58,977 bases of DNA, taken from the sequence record SRR20825010_1901; one strand, written 5' to 3'. A model generated the notes under the pieces. The model was not told the DNA's origin, did no database searches, and saw nothing but the letters and a program-made list of their open reading frames with translations. The first letter of the stretch is position 1; each line of letters starts with the position of its first letter. The translations under genes were made by a program, and so were the position numbers. Positions 1-10,329 of the stretch are shown here, one piece after another.

Positions 1-1680
1 GGTAATCGGGTGACCTGTCGCGACTGGTTCCAGCTAAGCCTGAAGGAAGGGTTTACGGTCTTTCGCGATCAGCAGTTTTCGGCTGACATGAATTCCGCTG
101 CCGTTCAGCGGGTGGAGAACGTGGATTTCCTGGTGAACCACCAATTCCCGGAAGATCAGGGGCCCATGGCCCACGCAGTTCGCCCGGAGGAATATCAGAA
201 AATTGATAATTTCTACACCCTGACCATTTATGAAAAGGGCGCGGAAATTGTTCGCATGCAGTATCACTTGCTGGGGGCGGAGAATTTCCGCAAGGCTACA
301 GACCATTATTTCGAGGCGAATGATGGCAAAGCGGTAACCTGTGATGACTTCGTGGCCAGCATGGAGGCCGTTTCCGGCCGTGATCTGGGCCTGTTCAAGC
401 GCTGGTACAGCCAGGCGGGTACGCCAATACTGACCGTTACAGATGAGTACCGTGACGGGCAGTATCATCTTACTTTTCGTCAACATACTCCTGCCACCCC
501 CGGTCAGGAGGACAAGCAGCCGTTGGTGATCCCAATCCGTCTGGCCCTGCTGGATAAACAGGGTGCGCCCTGTGCTCTGGACGCGAGCGGGCAAGGCGAG
601 CGGGTCATCATCGTGGATAAGGCGCAAGATACTGTGTCCTTCTCCGTGCCAGAAGGCGTGACGCCTTCGTTGCTGCGTGGTTTCTCTGCCCCGGTGGTGC
701 TGGATTATGACTACACGCCGGCGCAGCTGGCACGCCTGCTGGCGTATGACAGTGATGGCTATTGCCGCTGGAATGCGGCTCAGCGCCTTTACTTCGCCGC
801 CCTGGATCGGCTGGTGGCTGAGCCCGGGGAGGCGAATGCAGAAGCTGCGGCGCTGGTTCCTGTGCTGGAGCAAGTCATCGCACGCAGCGATGAAGACCCC
901 GCTCAGGCCGCGCTGTTACTCACCTTGCCTAGTGAAGTGGCATTGGGTGACCGGCATACCCCCTTGAACCCGGCATCCATTCACCTGGCGCATCGCGCCA
1001 TGAAGCGGGCACTGGGCAAGGCCTTGCAGGCACACTGGCTGTCTCTGGCAGAAAATCTGCTGGCGACGGAGTTGAGCATGGATGGCCGTGCCATGGGGCG
1101 GCGGCAATTGCGTAATCTGGCGCTGGACTTTTTAGCAGCAGGCGAACATGACGAAGCAGGGCGCTTGGCGGTGGAATTGTTTGAGCTTCCCCTGTGCATG
1201 AGTGAAGAGTTGGGGGCGCTGAAGGTGCTGGTGCACCATGACTTGCCAGGGGCAGGCCAGGCTCTGGCGCAGTTTGCTGAACGGTGGCAGGACGAAGCAC
1301 TGGTGATGGATCAGTGGTTCGCGGTGCAGGCCACTGTGCCGGGCGAGCAGACCGTCGATCGGGTCAATGGCTTGCTGGAGCATCCTGCCTTTGACTGGAA
1401 AACGCCGAACCGGGTGCGGGCTCTGGTGGGAACATTCACCAATGGCAACCCGTCGGCCTTCCATGCGGAAAGTGGGGCGGGGTACCGCTTGTTTGCCCAG
1501 GCGCTGTCCCGGTTGGATGCGATCAACCCACAGGTGGCGGCCCGCCTGGCCAATGGTGCGGCGCGCCTGCCGAAGCTCGAACCGCAGCGGCGGGAGCGGC
1601 TGGCAGGGGTGCTTGCCGAAGTGCAAAAAAGTGCATCAGATAACGTGGTAGAGGTGCTGGGCCGCATCCTGTCATCCTGA
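1..1680 (+). CDS. pepN: Aminopeptidase N (M1 family), 5' end outside window
   Basis: Frame is open from base 1: GNRVTCRDWFQLSLKEGFTVFRDQQFS, NFYTLTIYEKGAEIVRM, C-terminal PNRVRAL and NPQVAARL, all typical of PepN. Confidence 0.96.
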   Translation, partial: GNRVTCRDWFQLSLKEGFTVFRDQQFSADMNSAAVQRVENVDFLVNHQFPEDQGPMAHAVRPEEYQKIDNFYTLTIYEKGAEIVRMQYHLLGAENFRKATDHYFEANDGKAVTCDDFVASMEAVSGRDLGLFKRWYSQAGTPILTVTDEYRDGQYHLTFRQHTPATPGQEDKQPLVIPIRLALLDKQGAPCALDASGQGERVIIVDKAQDTVSFSVPEGVTPSLLRGFSAPVVLDYDYTPAQLARLLAYDSDGYCRWNAAQRLYFAALDRLVAEPGEANAEAAALVPVLEQVIARSDEDPAQAALLLTLPSEVALGDRHTPLNPASIHLAHRAMKRALGKALQAHWLSLAENLLATELSMDGRAMGRRQLRNLALDFLAAGEHDEAGRLAVELFELPLCMSEELGALKVLVHHDLPGAGQALAQFAERWQDEALVMDQWFAVQATVPGEQTVDRVNGLLEHPAFDWKTPNRVRALVGTFTNGNPSAFHAESGAGYRLFAQALSRLDAINPQVAARLANGAARLPKLEPQRRERLAGVLAEVQKSASDNVVEVLGRILSS

Positions 1681-1870
1681 TTTCGGGGGCACCGCCGGAT
1701 GGGGTTGTACGGGGCGAATTAGGGGATGACCGGCTAGTCGTTAATAATAGAGTACACAGGGGATTTATTTTTTTTCCTGATGTGTAAGAATTATGCATTA
1801 GCTCGGGCGGTGGTTTGTATCAGGAAGAATGATGGGACCTGCTGCAAATGGGAGCTACTGTTGCCCGAGT

Positions 1871-1897
1871 AAAAAACAATAAAGCCATGCGCATGGC
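1871..1897 (+). promoter_or_regulatory. A-rich AAnAAnAA (Crc/Hfq CA-like) motif followed by perfect 14-bp palindrome GCCATGCGCATGGC just before the RBS
   Basis: AACAATAA at 1875-1882, palindrome at 1884-1897, then GGAG RBS and ATG at 1913; function is inferred. Confidence 0.45.
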
Positions 1898-1912
1898 AAT
1901 TCGGAGAGCTAC

Positions 1913-3916
1913 ATGAATAATAATCACCTGCGTAAAACCAGGCTGGCTATGGCTGTTGCCAGCATCACTGCCCTTACCGGGCTATCCCTTCCTGCTTCAG
2001 CGGTCCAGCTGGACTTCGAGAATCCTGACTGGGCAGGGCGACTGGATACGACTGTGTCTGTTGGTGCCCTATTCCGGACGGAGGGGCAGGATTCCATGCT
2101 TGCCGCCACCGGTGACGTGGTGGATATGACCAAGGCCGGCTATGGTTCTCAGATCAACAAGAACGATGCCAACAATAACTACGATACAGGTCTGGCTTCT
2201 CTGGTGTACAAAATTACTCCGGAACTGGATCTGAGCTGGCAGGGCAAGTACGGCATGTTCCTGCGTGGTACCGCCTTTTATGATCAGGTGATTATGGGTG
2301 GCGATCATAACGGTGGTGTTCTGAATGCGTCTGCCCCGTATGTACCTGGAAATGGTTTTAGCCGTTACGCAACCTATTCGGATTATGCCAACAATGGCAC
2401 CGGCGATGACTTTACCCGTGATGCCGAGCGCTATGCCGGACAGCGTGCGCGTATGCTGGATGCGTATGTGTGGGGCAACTTCGATATGTTCGACCGCCCC
2501 CTGAACGTGCGTCTTGGCCAGCAGGTGATTAACTGGGGTGAGGCGCTGTTCATGCAGAATGGTGTTAACACCGCCAACTACTTTGATCTGAATGCCTTGC
2601 GCCTGCCGGGTTCTGAAATCAAAGAAGCCTTGCTTCCCCTCAATAGCTTGTACTTCTCCTACGGCTTGACCTTCAATGCCACCCTTGAGGCGTTCTACCA
2701 GCTGGACTGGAAGAACTCTGAAGATGCGCCAACGGGGACATACTTCTCCACCCATGATGCCTTCCCGGGCAAGGGCGCAGACAACGTAATCATTGACGGG
2801 CGGGTTGTGGCTCTGGGTGCTAATGCTCCGGGTCTTGAAGGTGCCTTTGCAGGTTATACCGCACTCAACTACTCCGACTATCAATACGAAGCGACTCAGG
2901 TCACGGTAGATCGTATCCGGGACAAGGAAGCATCAGACAGTGGTCAGTTCGGCCTGGCATATCGTTATTTTGCTGAAGGTCTTAATGGCACGGAGTTCGC
3001 GCTGTATTACACCCGCACCCATGCGAAGACGCCGGTCGTGGGTGCTCGTCTGAATAATGTCCAGGCTGCACAAGGTGGTGGCGCAGCAGCGATGCCATTG
3101 ATTATCGACACCGCAGAATATCAGATGGCGTACGCCGAAGATCAGGACATGATCGGTGGTAGCTTTAACACCAGCATTGGCAGCATGTCGCTGGCCGGTG
3201 AAATTGCTTACCGTCCCAAGCGTGCGATTATCAACGAAGCAGGCGATGACCTGATTTCTGCCCTGGCAGGAGCTGCGGGTAAATCCGCAGGTTTGTTGGG
3301 CCCTGATACTGTCGTGAGAATAGAAGATCTGACCGGCCACTGTGTGCGTGCAGAAATGGGCGGAAGCTGTCTGTCCGGCGATACAGTGGTCACTGATAGT
3401 GCGCTCTATTACTTCTATGACGAAGTGGAAAGCTACAACGGCTCTCTGGTCAGCATCTTTAACTTCGGTCCTACATTCGGTTCTGATGGCCTCATCGCCT
3501 TGCTGGAGCTGGGTGTTGAGCACATCGAAGGCCTGGAAAGCCCGGATGAAGAATACAACTCAACAGCGGCAATTCTGGAATCAGAAGCACAGATCCTGAG
3601 CCCGGATGATCCGAACAAGTACAACCTGGACCCCACTTCCTGGGGCTACCGTGCGGTGCTGAAGGCGGATTACAGTAACGTTTTCGCGGGTGTTTCCATG
3701 AGCCCAAGTGTACGTTTTGCCCATGATGTAAACGGTAACTCTCCGATTGGCGGCAACTTTATGGAAGATCGTAAAGCAGCCACCCTGGGCGTGAGTTTCC
3801 TGTACTTGAACAACCTGGAAGTGGCCATGTCTGGCACCACCTTCTGGGGCGCCAAATATTCCAACAAACTGGCCGACCGGAACAACGCTTCGGTTTCTGT
3901 TAAGTACTCTTTCTAA
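1913..3916 (+). CDS. DUF1302 family outer-membrane beta-barrel protein
   Basis: Signal peptide, LDAYVWG...RLGQQVINWGEALF, LRLPGSEIKE and C-terminal DRNNASVSVKYSF with terminal Phe; first gene of the usual four-gene cluster. Confidence 0.88.
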   Translation: MNNNHLRKTRLAMAVASITALTGLSLPASAVQLDFENPDWAGRLDTTVSVGALFRTEGQDSMLAATGDVVDMTKAGYGSQINKNDANNNYDTGLASLVYKITPELDLSWQGKYGMFLRGTAFYDQVIMGGDHNGGVLNASAPYVPGNGFSRYATYSDYANNGTGDDFTRDAERYAGQRARMLDAYVWGNFDMFDRPLNVRLGQQVINWGEALFMQNGVNTANYFDLNALRLPGSEIKEALLPLNSLYFSYGLTFNATLEAFYQLDWKNSEDAPTGTYFSTHDAFPGKGADNVIIDGRVVALGANAPGLEGAFAGYTALNYSDYQYEATQVTVDRIRDKEASDSGQFGLAYRYFAEGLNGTEFALYYTRTHAKTPVVGARLNNVQAAQGGGAAAMPLIIDTAEYQMAYAEDQDMIGGSFNTSIGSMSLAGEIAYRPKRAIINEAGDDLISALAGAAGKSAGLLGPDTVVRIEDLTGHCVRAEMGGSCLSGDTVVTDSALYYFYDEVESYNGSLVSIFNFGPTFGSDGLIALLELGVEHIEGLESPDEEYNSTAAILESEAQILSPDDPNKYNLDPTSWGYRAVLKADYSNVFAGVSMSPSVRFAHDVNGNSPIGGNFMEDRKAATLGVSFLYLNNLEVAMSGTTFWGAKYSNKLADRNNASVSVKYSF

Positions 3917-3923
3917 TTTGTTC

Positions 3924-3948
3924 CAGGCCGGGATGCCGGCCTGTTTTT
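3924..3948 (+). terminator. Intercistronic terminator-like hairpin
   Basis: CAGGCCGG-gatg-CCGGCCTG followed by TTTTT. Confidence 0.6.
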
Positions 3949-3962
3949 AACGGAGAGCAATC

Positions 3963-5369
3963 ATGTTGAAGAAATTGACCGCAATGGGTGGTGCACTGGC
4001 ACTGTCTCTGAGCGTAGCGGCCAATGTGCACGCTGGTGTTTCCAGCCAGGAAGCGGCGAAGCTGGGTAAATCCCTGACGCCATTCGGTGCACAGATTAAA
4101 GGCAACGGCAAAGCGATCTCTACAGGTCTGGGTATCCCGGATTACACTGGTGGCATTCAGCGCAAGGATATTCCCAAGGAATACACCCGCCCGGGCCAAC
4201 ATCACCCGGACCCGTACAAGTCTGACAAAATCGCCTTCACCATCAACGCCCAGAACGTGTCCCAGTATGCGGACAAGGTGCCGGACGGTGTGCAGGCCAT
4301 GCTGAAAACCTACCCGGACACCTTCAAGCTGAACGTGTATCCGAGCCATCGCTCCACGTCTGCACCGCAGTGGGTGTATGACAACACCAAAAGCAACGCT
4401 ACCAAGGCCAAGCTGGGTGAAACCGGTGTGGACAACGCCTTTGGCGGTATTCCGTTCCCGATTCTGAGTGGTAGCAACGAGCAGAAAGCCAAGCAGGCAA
4501 TCTGGAATCACATTTTGCGCTGGCGTGGCCTGTACGTAGTGCGCCGTGCTTCAGAAGTGGCCGTTCAGCGTAGCGGTGCCTACTCGCTGATTACCTCGCA
4601 GCAGGAAGTGTATTTCCGTTACTACGATCCGAAGTACAACTTTGACTCCCTGGATAACATCATTTTCTACTACCTGTCCTTCACCAAAGCGCCGGCACGT
4701 CTGGCGGGTGGTGCGGTACTGGTACACGAAATGCTGGACCAACAGAAAATGCCGCGCCAAGCTTGGGGCTACAATGCTGGCCAGCGTCGCGTGCGCCGTG
4801 CACCTAACCTGGCTTACGACACGCCGATTGCGGCGGCCGATGGCCTGCGTACGGCAGACGACACCGACATGTATAACGGTGCGCCAGACAAGTACAACTG
4901 GAAGCTGGTTAGCGATAAGCCGGTAGAAATGTTTATCCCGTATAACAACTACAAGCTGGATAGCGCGGATGTGAAATATGAGACCCTGCTGCAAAAGGGC
5001 CATGTGAACTCTGACTACCAGCGTTGGGAGCTGCACCGCGTCTGGGTGGTGGAAGCAAACTTGAAAGAAGGTGAGCGACACATCTACGAGAAGCGTCGCT
5101 TCTATATTGATGCGGATTCCTGGCAGATTGCCGCCATCGACCAGTACGACCGTCGTGGCGAGCTGTGGCGCGTCAGCCTGGCTTACATCAAGAACTACTA
5201 CGAAGTACCGACCCAGTGGACCGCTCTGGATACGTTCCACGACCTGCGTGCTCAGCGTTATCACGTGCAGTTCCTGGATAACGAAGAGTCAACGATGCTT
5301 GATTACAGCCAGCCGGTACCCGGCGACCGTTACTTCCACCCGGCAGCGCTACGCCGCCGCGGTCGTTAA
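3963..5369 (+). CDS. DUF1329 family periplasmic protein (LolA-like C-terminal region)
   Basis: Signal peptide; AAKLGKSLTPFGA, RQAWGYNAGQRRVRRAPNLAYD, RWELHRVWVVEA, DQYDRRGELWR. Confidence 0.9.
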   Translation: MLKKLTAMGGALALSLSVAANVHAGVSSQEAAKLGKSLTPFGAQIKGNGKAISTGLGIPDYTGGIQRKDIPKEYTRPGQHHPDPYKSDKIAFTINAQNVSQYADKVPDGVQAMLKTYPDTFKLNVYPSHRSTSAPQWVYDNTKSNATKAKLGETGVDNAFGGIPFPILSGSNEQKAKQAIWNHILRWRGLYVVRRASEVAVQRSGAYSLITSQQEVYFRYYDPKYNFDSLDNIIFYYLSFTKAPARLAGGAVLVHEMLDQQKMPRQAWGYNAGQRRVRRAPNLAYDTPIAAADGLRTADDTDMYNGAPDKYNWKLVSDKPVEMFIPYNNYKLDSADVKYETLLQKGHVNSDYQRWELHRVWVVEANLKEGERHIYEKRRFYIDADSWQIAAIDQYDRRGELWRVSLAYIKNYYEVPTQWTALDTFHDLRAQRYHVQFLDNEESTMLDYSQPVPGDRYFHPAALRRRGR

Positions 5370-5403
5370 TTATAAAAACGTCGGTTCCTTGAAGCCGGCA
5401 ATG

Positions 5404-5444
5404 CAAAACGACCGGGAGGCCGCCTATGGCTCCCGGTTGTTTTG
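5404..5444 (+). terminator. Intercistronic terminator-like hairpin
   Basis: CAAAACGACCGGGA...TCCCGGTTGTTTTG inverted repeat after the DUF1329 gene. Confidence 0.55.
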
Positions 5445-5487
5445 TGCTCGGCCCTGAAAAAAGGGCCCTCGGGAAGAGTAAGGGACA

Positions 5488-6579
5488 ATGAAAAAAACAG
5501 TGTTAATGGCTTTTTCGGCCATGCTGTCTGCGCCCCTGCAGGCAGATTTCGTTTCGAATGATGCACCTCTGGTCACCGCTAACAGTTACCTGGATATCGC
5601 TTACGCCGATAGCCGGGTTGTTGCTGTGGGCGACCGGGGTAAAATTCTCTATTCCGATGATCAGGGTGATCACTGGAAGCAGGCGGTAACGCCCTCTGAA
5701 GTGCTGCTCACCTCGGTGTGCTTTGCTGATGCTCGCCACGGCTGGGCGGTTGGCCACGATGCGGTGGTACTGGGCAGCGATGATGGTGGGGAAACCTGGA
5801 CCGTGCAATACAGCGACCCTCTGGGTAGCGGTGAGGAGGATGCGGCGCCGGTTGAGGAGGAGCTGGATGACTACGCCATGGATGATCTCTATGGTGACCC
5901 CTACGATGATGATGCCTACGGCGATGAAGGCGACGATCTCTATGGCGATAGTGCTGCCATGGCACCAGTCGATACATCCGGTGCACCGTTGCTGGATGTG
6001 TTCTGCGATAGTCGTGATCGTGCGGTTGCTGTGGGCGGGTATGGCTACTTCCTGCGAACCACTGATGGTGGAGAAACCTGGAATAAAGCACTGGATAGCC
6101 TGGATAACCGTGATGGCTGGCATTTGTATGACTATGCCGCTGCCAAAGGCGGAAACGATCGCTATGTAGTGGGCGAAAAAGGTGTGATGTTCCACTCTGC
6201 TGACAAAGGGGTGAGCTGGGAAAAATTGCAAAGTCCTTACAGTGGTACCCTGTTTGGGGTGACGACCATTTCTGATTATAAAGCCTTGGCCTATGGCCTT
6301 CAGGGCAATGTGTGGTTGACGGCTAATCGCGGGCGCAGCTGGGCAAAAATTCCCTCAAAGCTGAGCCGCGGTGTGAACGATGGCACCGTACTGGCGGATG
6401 GCACTGTGGTGCTGGTCACTAATGCCGGTGGCATCCTTACCAGCCACGATGGCGGTCAATCTTTTTCCCTGCGGTTCTTGCCGGATCGCGATTCTATCTC
6501 CGCAGTTCTTCCCCGTGATGCAGGTGGCATTCTTGTCGCCGGGCAGGGTGGGTTGCGTGTGATCGAAGACGTTAAATAA
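5488..6579 (+). CDS. YCF48/BNR (Asp-box) beta-propeller protein with an acidic insertion
   Basis: Repeated SxDxGxxW Asp-boxes (SDDQGDHW, SDDGGETW, TTDGGETW, SADKGVSW); VAVGDRG; GWAVGHDAVVL. Confidence 0.9.
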   Translation: MKKTVLMAFSAMLSAPLQADFVSNDAPLVTANSYLDIAYADSRVVAVGDRGKILYSDDQGDHWKQAVTPSEVLLTSVCFADARHGWAVGHDAVVLGSDDGGETWTVQYSDPLGSGEEDAAPVEEELDDYAMDDLYGDPYDDDAYGDEGDDLYGDSAAMAPVDTSGAPLLDVFCDSRDRAVAVGGYGYFLRTTDGGETWNKALDSLDNRDGWHLYDYAAAKGGNDRYVVGEKGVMFHSADKGVSWEKLQSPYSGTLFGVTTISDYKALAYGLQGNVWLTANRGRSWAKIPSKLSRGVNDGTVLADGTVVLVTNAGGILTSHDGGQSFSLRFLPDRDSISAVLPRDAGGILVAGQGGLRVIEDVK

Positions 6580-6590
6580 GGGGCACAGCA

Positions 6591-8972
6591 ATGTCAGGTC
6601 GCATTTCCAAAAGTATCGCCAGTGGGCTGTTTGCTGTTCGGCCCCTGATTCTGCTGGCCTTTATCGCAGCCACTGTGCTGCTGGGTTTCCAGGCCAGCAA
6701 GATCGAACTGAACACCGATATCCGAAAGATGGTCCCGCTGGATCATCCTTATATCCAGAATTTCCTCGAACACCAGAATGATTTGAGCCTGGGTAATGAC
6801 GTCCGCGTGATTGTTGCGGAAACCCAAGGCGAGGACATTTTCAACGAAGATTATGTCAACGCGTTAAAAGAAGTCACTGACGAAGTCTTTGCGCTGGAAG
6901 GCGTTGATCCGAGCAAAATCCGTTCACTGTGGACCAGCAATGTGCGCTGGAACGAAGTGACCGAGCAGGGTTTCCAGGGCGGGGAAGTGATTCCTGCAGG
7001 CTATGATGGCTCACAAGATTCTCTGGAGCAGCTGCGCACCAACGTGCTGCGTTCCGGGCAGGTGGGGCGTCTGGTTGCTGATAACTTCCAGTCCAGCGTG
7101 GTGCACGCTTATTTGCTGGATGCCTTGGGTGATGACGGTGTCGATATTCCGGCCCTGTCGGCCCGGCTGGAAGAGATCCGCAGCAAGTATCAGGATAAAT
7201 ACCCGAACGTTCGCATTCACATTGTCGGCCTGGCAAAGAAAGCCGGTGACGTGATGGCAGCGGCGGAAGAAGTGGCCATGTTCTTCTTCTTCACCCTGGG
7301 GTTGATCGCGCTGTTGCTGTTGATCGACACGCGTTGCCTGCGCAGTGCACTTACCGTGACGGCCTGTTCCTTTGTGGCGGTGATCTGGCAGCTGGGCATT
7401 GTCAGCAGCCTGGGCTTTACCATCGATCCCTATTCCATGCTGGTGCCGTTCCTGGTCTTTGCCATTGCGGTATCACACGGTGTTCAGATCGTTAACACCC
7501 TGGCCAACTATGCAGCAGAAGGGCGTAGCTCTCTGGATTCGGCCCGCTCTACGTTCCAGGCGCTGTGTGTGCCGGGCATGGTGGCGCTGGTATCAGATGC
7601 CATCGGTTTCCTCACCCTCTACATGATCGATGTGGGCGTGATTCGTGAGCTGGCCATGGCCGCGAGCATCGGCGTGGCGGTGATCATCATTTCCAACCTG
7701 GTCGTTGTCCCGCTGGTATTGTCTTACCTGGGCGTGAGTGGTGCTTCCATTCGCAAGATTCAGGCAGGGGAAAAGAAAGATCATCCGCTGGCGGGGCTGT
7801 TTGCCCGCTTTACTCGCACTCCGTTGGCAGCGCTATCAATTGCTGTGGCTGTTGCGGGTTATGGTGCCGGTATTTATCTCAGTCAGGATCTCAAAATTGG
7901 TGATCTGGACAAAGGGGCTCCTGAATTGTGGCCGGACCCATGTGAAGACATGGACTGCCCGCGCGGCTATGAGCCCAAGCCTCGCTACCGTTACAACCAT
8001 GACGTGAACTTCCTGGTATCCAATTACTCGGTTAGTGCGGATGTGCTGGTGGTCATGGGCAAGACTCCGATGGAGTCCTGTAATACCTATCAGGCCATGC
8101 AGACCGTGGATGACCTGGCGTGGAACCTGCGTAACGTGGAAGGGGTGCAAGACGTCACGACCATCGCGTCTGCGACGAAGCTGATCTCTACCAATATGAA
8201 TGAAGGCTCCATGAAATGGGCGACCATTTCCCGGGATCAGTATGCGCTGAATAACGTCATGAGCTTTATGCCGGACAGCCTGTACAACCTGGATTGCTCC
8301 CTGACGCCGGTTTACGTGTTCCTGGACGATCACAAGGCAGAAACACTGGAGCGTGTTACCGGAGCCGTAGCCGACTTTGCCGAGTCTCGTAATAACAAGG
8401 ATGTGATGGAGCTGAAGCTGGCCTCGGGTAACGCGGGCGTGGAAGCAGCAACCAACCAGACCATCGCCGCCAGCCAGTACCCCATGCTGGCTCTGGTTTA
8501 CGCGGTGGTGTCGGTGCTGATTCTGATCGCGTTCCGCTCTTTCCGTGCGGTGATTTGTATCATCGTGCCGCTGGGGCTTACCTCGATTCTCTGTCAGGCA
8601 CTGATGGCTCACCTTGGCATCGGCGTAAAAGTCGCCACTCTGCCGGTTATTGCTCTGGGTGTGGGTATCGGTGTGGATTACGGTATTTATATCTACAGCA
8701 AGCTATCCGAATACCTGAAGCAAGGGATGGAGCTGGAAGAGGCCTACAAGCAGACCTTGAAAACCACGGGTAAGGCGGTGGCATTCACCGGTATTACCCT
8801 GGCAGTGGGCGTTGTCTTCTGGGTGTTCAGTTCCATTAAGTTCCAGGCGGACATGGGCATCCTGCTGACCTTTATGTTCCTGTGGAACATGATCGGCGCC
8901 CTGTGGCTTCTGCCGGCTCTGGCTCGCTTCCTGCTCAAGCCGGACCCGGCCCGCGCCAAACTGCGCAGTTAA
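6591..8972 (+). CDS. RND superfamily (MMPL/HAE3-like) transporter
   Basis: Two TM bundles with periplasmic loops; AIAVSHGVQ, GVGIGVDYGIY, KFQADMGILL. Confidence 0.92.
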   Translation: MSGRISKSIASGLFAVRPLILLAFIAATVLLGFQASKIELNTDIRKMVPLDHPYIQNFLEHQNDLSLGNDVRVIVAETQGEDIFNEDYVNALKEVTDEVFALEGVDPSKIRSLWTSNVRWNEVTEQGFQGGEVIPAGYDGSQDSLEQLRTNVLRSGQVGRLVADNFQSSVVHAYLLDALGDDGVDIPALSARLEEIRSKYQDKYPNVRIHIVGLAKKAGDVMAAAEEVAMFFFFTLGLIALLLLIDTRCLRSALTVTACSFVAVIWQLGIVSSLGFTIDPYSMLVPFLVFAIAVSHGVQIVNTLANYAAEGRSSLDSARSTFQALCVPGMVALVSDAIGFLTLYMIDVGVIRELAMAASIGVAVIIISNLVVVPLVLSYLGVSGASIRKIQAGEKKDHPLAGLFARFTRTPLAALSIAVAVAGYGAGIYLSQDLKIGDLDKGAPELWPDPCEDMDCPRGYEPKPRYRYNHDVNFLVSNYSVSADVLVVMGKTPMESCNTYQAMQTVDDLAWNLRNVEGVQDVTTIASATKLISTNMNEGSMKWATISRDQYALNNVMSFMPDSLYNLDCSLTPVYVFLDDHKAETLERVTGAVADFAESRNNKDVMELKLASGNAGVEAATNQTIAASQYPMLALVYAVVSVLILIAFRSFRAVICIIVPLGLTSILCQALMAHLGIGVKVATLPVIALGVGIGVDYGIYIYSKLSEYLKQGMELEEAYKQTLKTTGKAVAFTGITLAVGVVFWVFSSIKFQADMGILLTFMFLWNMIGALWLLPALARFLLKPDPARAKLRS

Positions 8973-9001
8973 CTGGCGCGCTGATTTCGTTGGTTATCTT
9001 C

Positions 9002-9027
9002 AAGCCCGGCTCTGCCGGGCTTTTTTT
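9002..9027 (+). terminator. Rho-independent terminator of the DUF1302-RND operon
   Basis: AAGCCCGGC-tct-GCCGGGCTT followed by a T-tract. Confidence 0.85.
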
Positions 9028-9218
9028 GTGCCGCTTTGCGGCTGCAGCAGGTTTCACGCTGCAGGTAGCACGCCATGCGTAGCGGATTTTGGGAGGTGAT
9101 AGCGCGCGGACTGGGTTTCCAATGGATTCACCGTTCGCCTCACTGTCGGACACAAAACATCGAAGTCACCGGGACCGTTGGCTATAATGCCGCCGATTAC
9201 CACCGATCGGGCACTTTC

Positions 9219-10229
9219 ATGCTGTATTCCCTGGCACGACCTTTACTGTTTTCTCTCTCTGAAGAGCATTCCCACGAGCTGACGCTGGCAATGCTGCGCA
9301 AGCGGGCAGGCAAGTTGTGGCCTGGCACGGTGCCGGCGGCGCCTAAAGAAGTCATGGGAATCGAGTTCGCCAATCCGGTGGGACTAGCTGCAGGGCTGGA
9401 CAAGAATGGTGACTGCATCGATGGGCTGGCGGATCTGGGTTTTGGTTTCGTTGAAGTGGGGACTGTTACGCCCCGGCCGCAGCCGGGCAATCCTCAGCCG
9501 CGTCTGTTTCGCCTTCCCCAGGCCCAGGCCCTGATCAACCGGATGGGGTTCAATAATCTGGGAGTGGAATACCTGGTAGGGGCGGTGAAGCGTAGCCGCT
9601 ATCAAGGGGTGCTGGGGATCAACATTGGCAAGAACAAGGATACCCCGGTGGAAGATGCGGTTCAGGACTACCTGATCTGCCAGCAGAAAGTGCACGCCTA
9701 TGCCAGCTACCTGGTGGTCAATGTGTCCTCACCCAATACGCCGGGTTTACGCACCCTGCAACACGGCGCCGCTCTGGATGAGCTGCTGGGTACGTTGCGC
9801 GAAGCCCAGACGCGCCTGGATCAGGAACACCGCCGCCGGGTGCCGCTGGTGATCAAGATTGCCCCGGACAACAGCGAGGAAGAGCTGCAGGAGATGGCAG
9901 AAGCGTTTGTGCAGCACGGAATCGACGGTGTGTGCGTGGGCAATACCACCTTGTCCCGCGAGGGCGTGCAGGGCCTGAAGCACGGAGAGGAACAGGGTGG
10001 GCTCAGTGGAGCGCCGTTAACCCCCATTGCCAACCGGGCGTTGGCTTCCATGCGCCATGCGCTTAATGGTCGTATCCCTATTATTGGTGTGGGTGGCATT
10101 AATAGCGCTGATGATGCACTGGAAAAGCAGCGCCAGGGGGCGGATCTGGTGCAGATTTACAGTGGCCTGATCTACCAGGGCCCGGGCTTGATCGGTGATA
10201 TCGCTCGTGCCTGGCCGAAAGGGATTTGA
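9219..10229 (+). CDS. pyrD: Quinone-dependent dihydroorotate dehydrogenase (class 2)
   Basis: [48 protein letters not shown]; start set at [14 protein letters not shown] at 9183-9188. Confidence 0.97.
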   Translation: MLYSLARPLLFSLSEEHSHELTLAMLRKRAGKLWPGTVPAAPKEVMGIEFANPVGLAAGLDKNGDCIDGLADLGFGFVEVGTVTPRPQPGNPQPRLFRLPQAQALINRMGFNNLGVEYLVGAVKRSRYQGVLGINIGKNKDTPVEDAVQDYLICQQKVHAYASYLVVNVSSPNTPGLRTLQHGAALDELLGTLREAQTRLDQEHRRRVPLVIKIAPDNSEEELQEMAEAFVQHGIDGVCVGNTTLSREGVQGLKHGEEQGGLSGAPLTPIANRALASMRHALNGRIPIIGVGGINSADDALEKQRQGADLVQIYSGLIYQGPGLIGDIARAWPKGI

Positions 10230-10260
10230 TCGATTCGTTTCCCGCTATGGGCTGGACATT

Positions 10261-10283
10261 AAAAAGGGCCCGGGTGGGGCCCT
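10261..10283 (-). terminator. Terminator downstream of rmf
   Basis: Minus strand reads AGGGCCC-cacc-CGGGCCC-TTTTT. Confidence 0.6.
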
Positions 10284-10329
10284 GTGGGTCGGCGCGCTGA
10301 ACGCGTCGGCGTTGTGAAACTGGAAGAAG

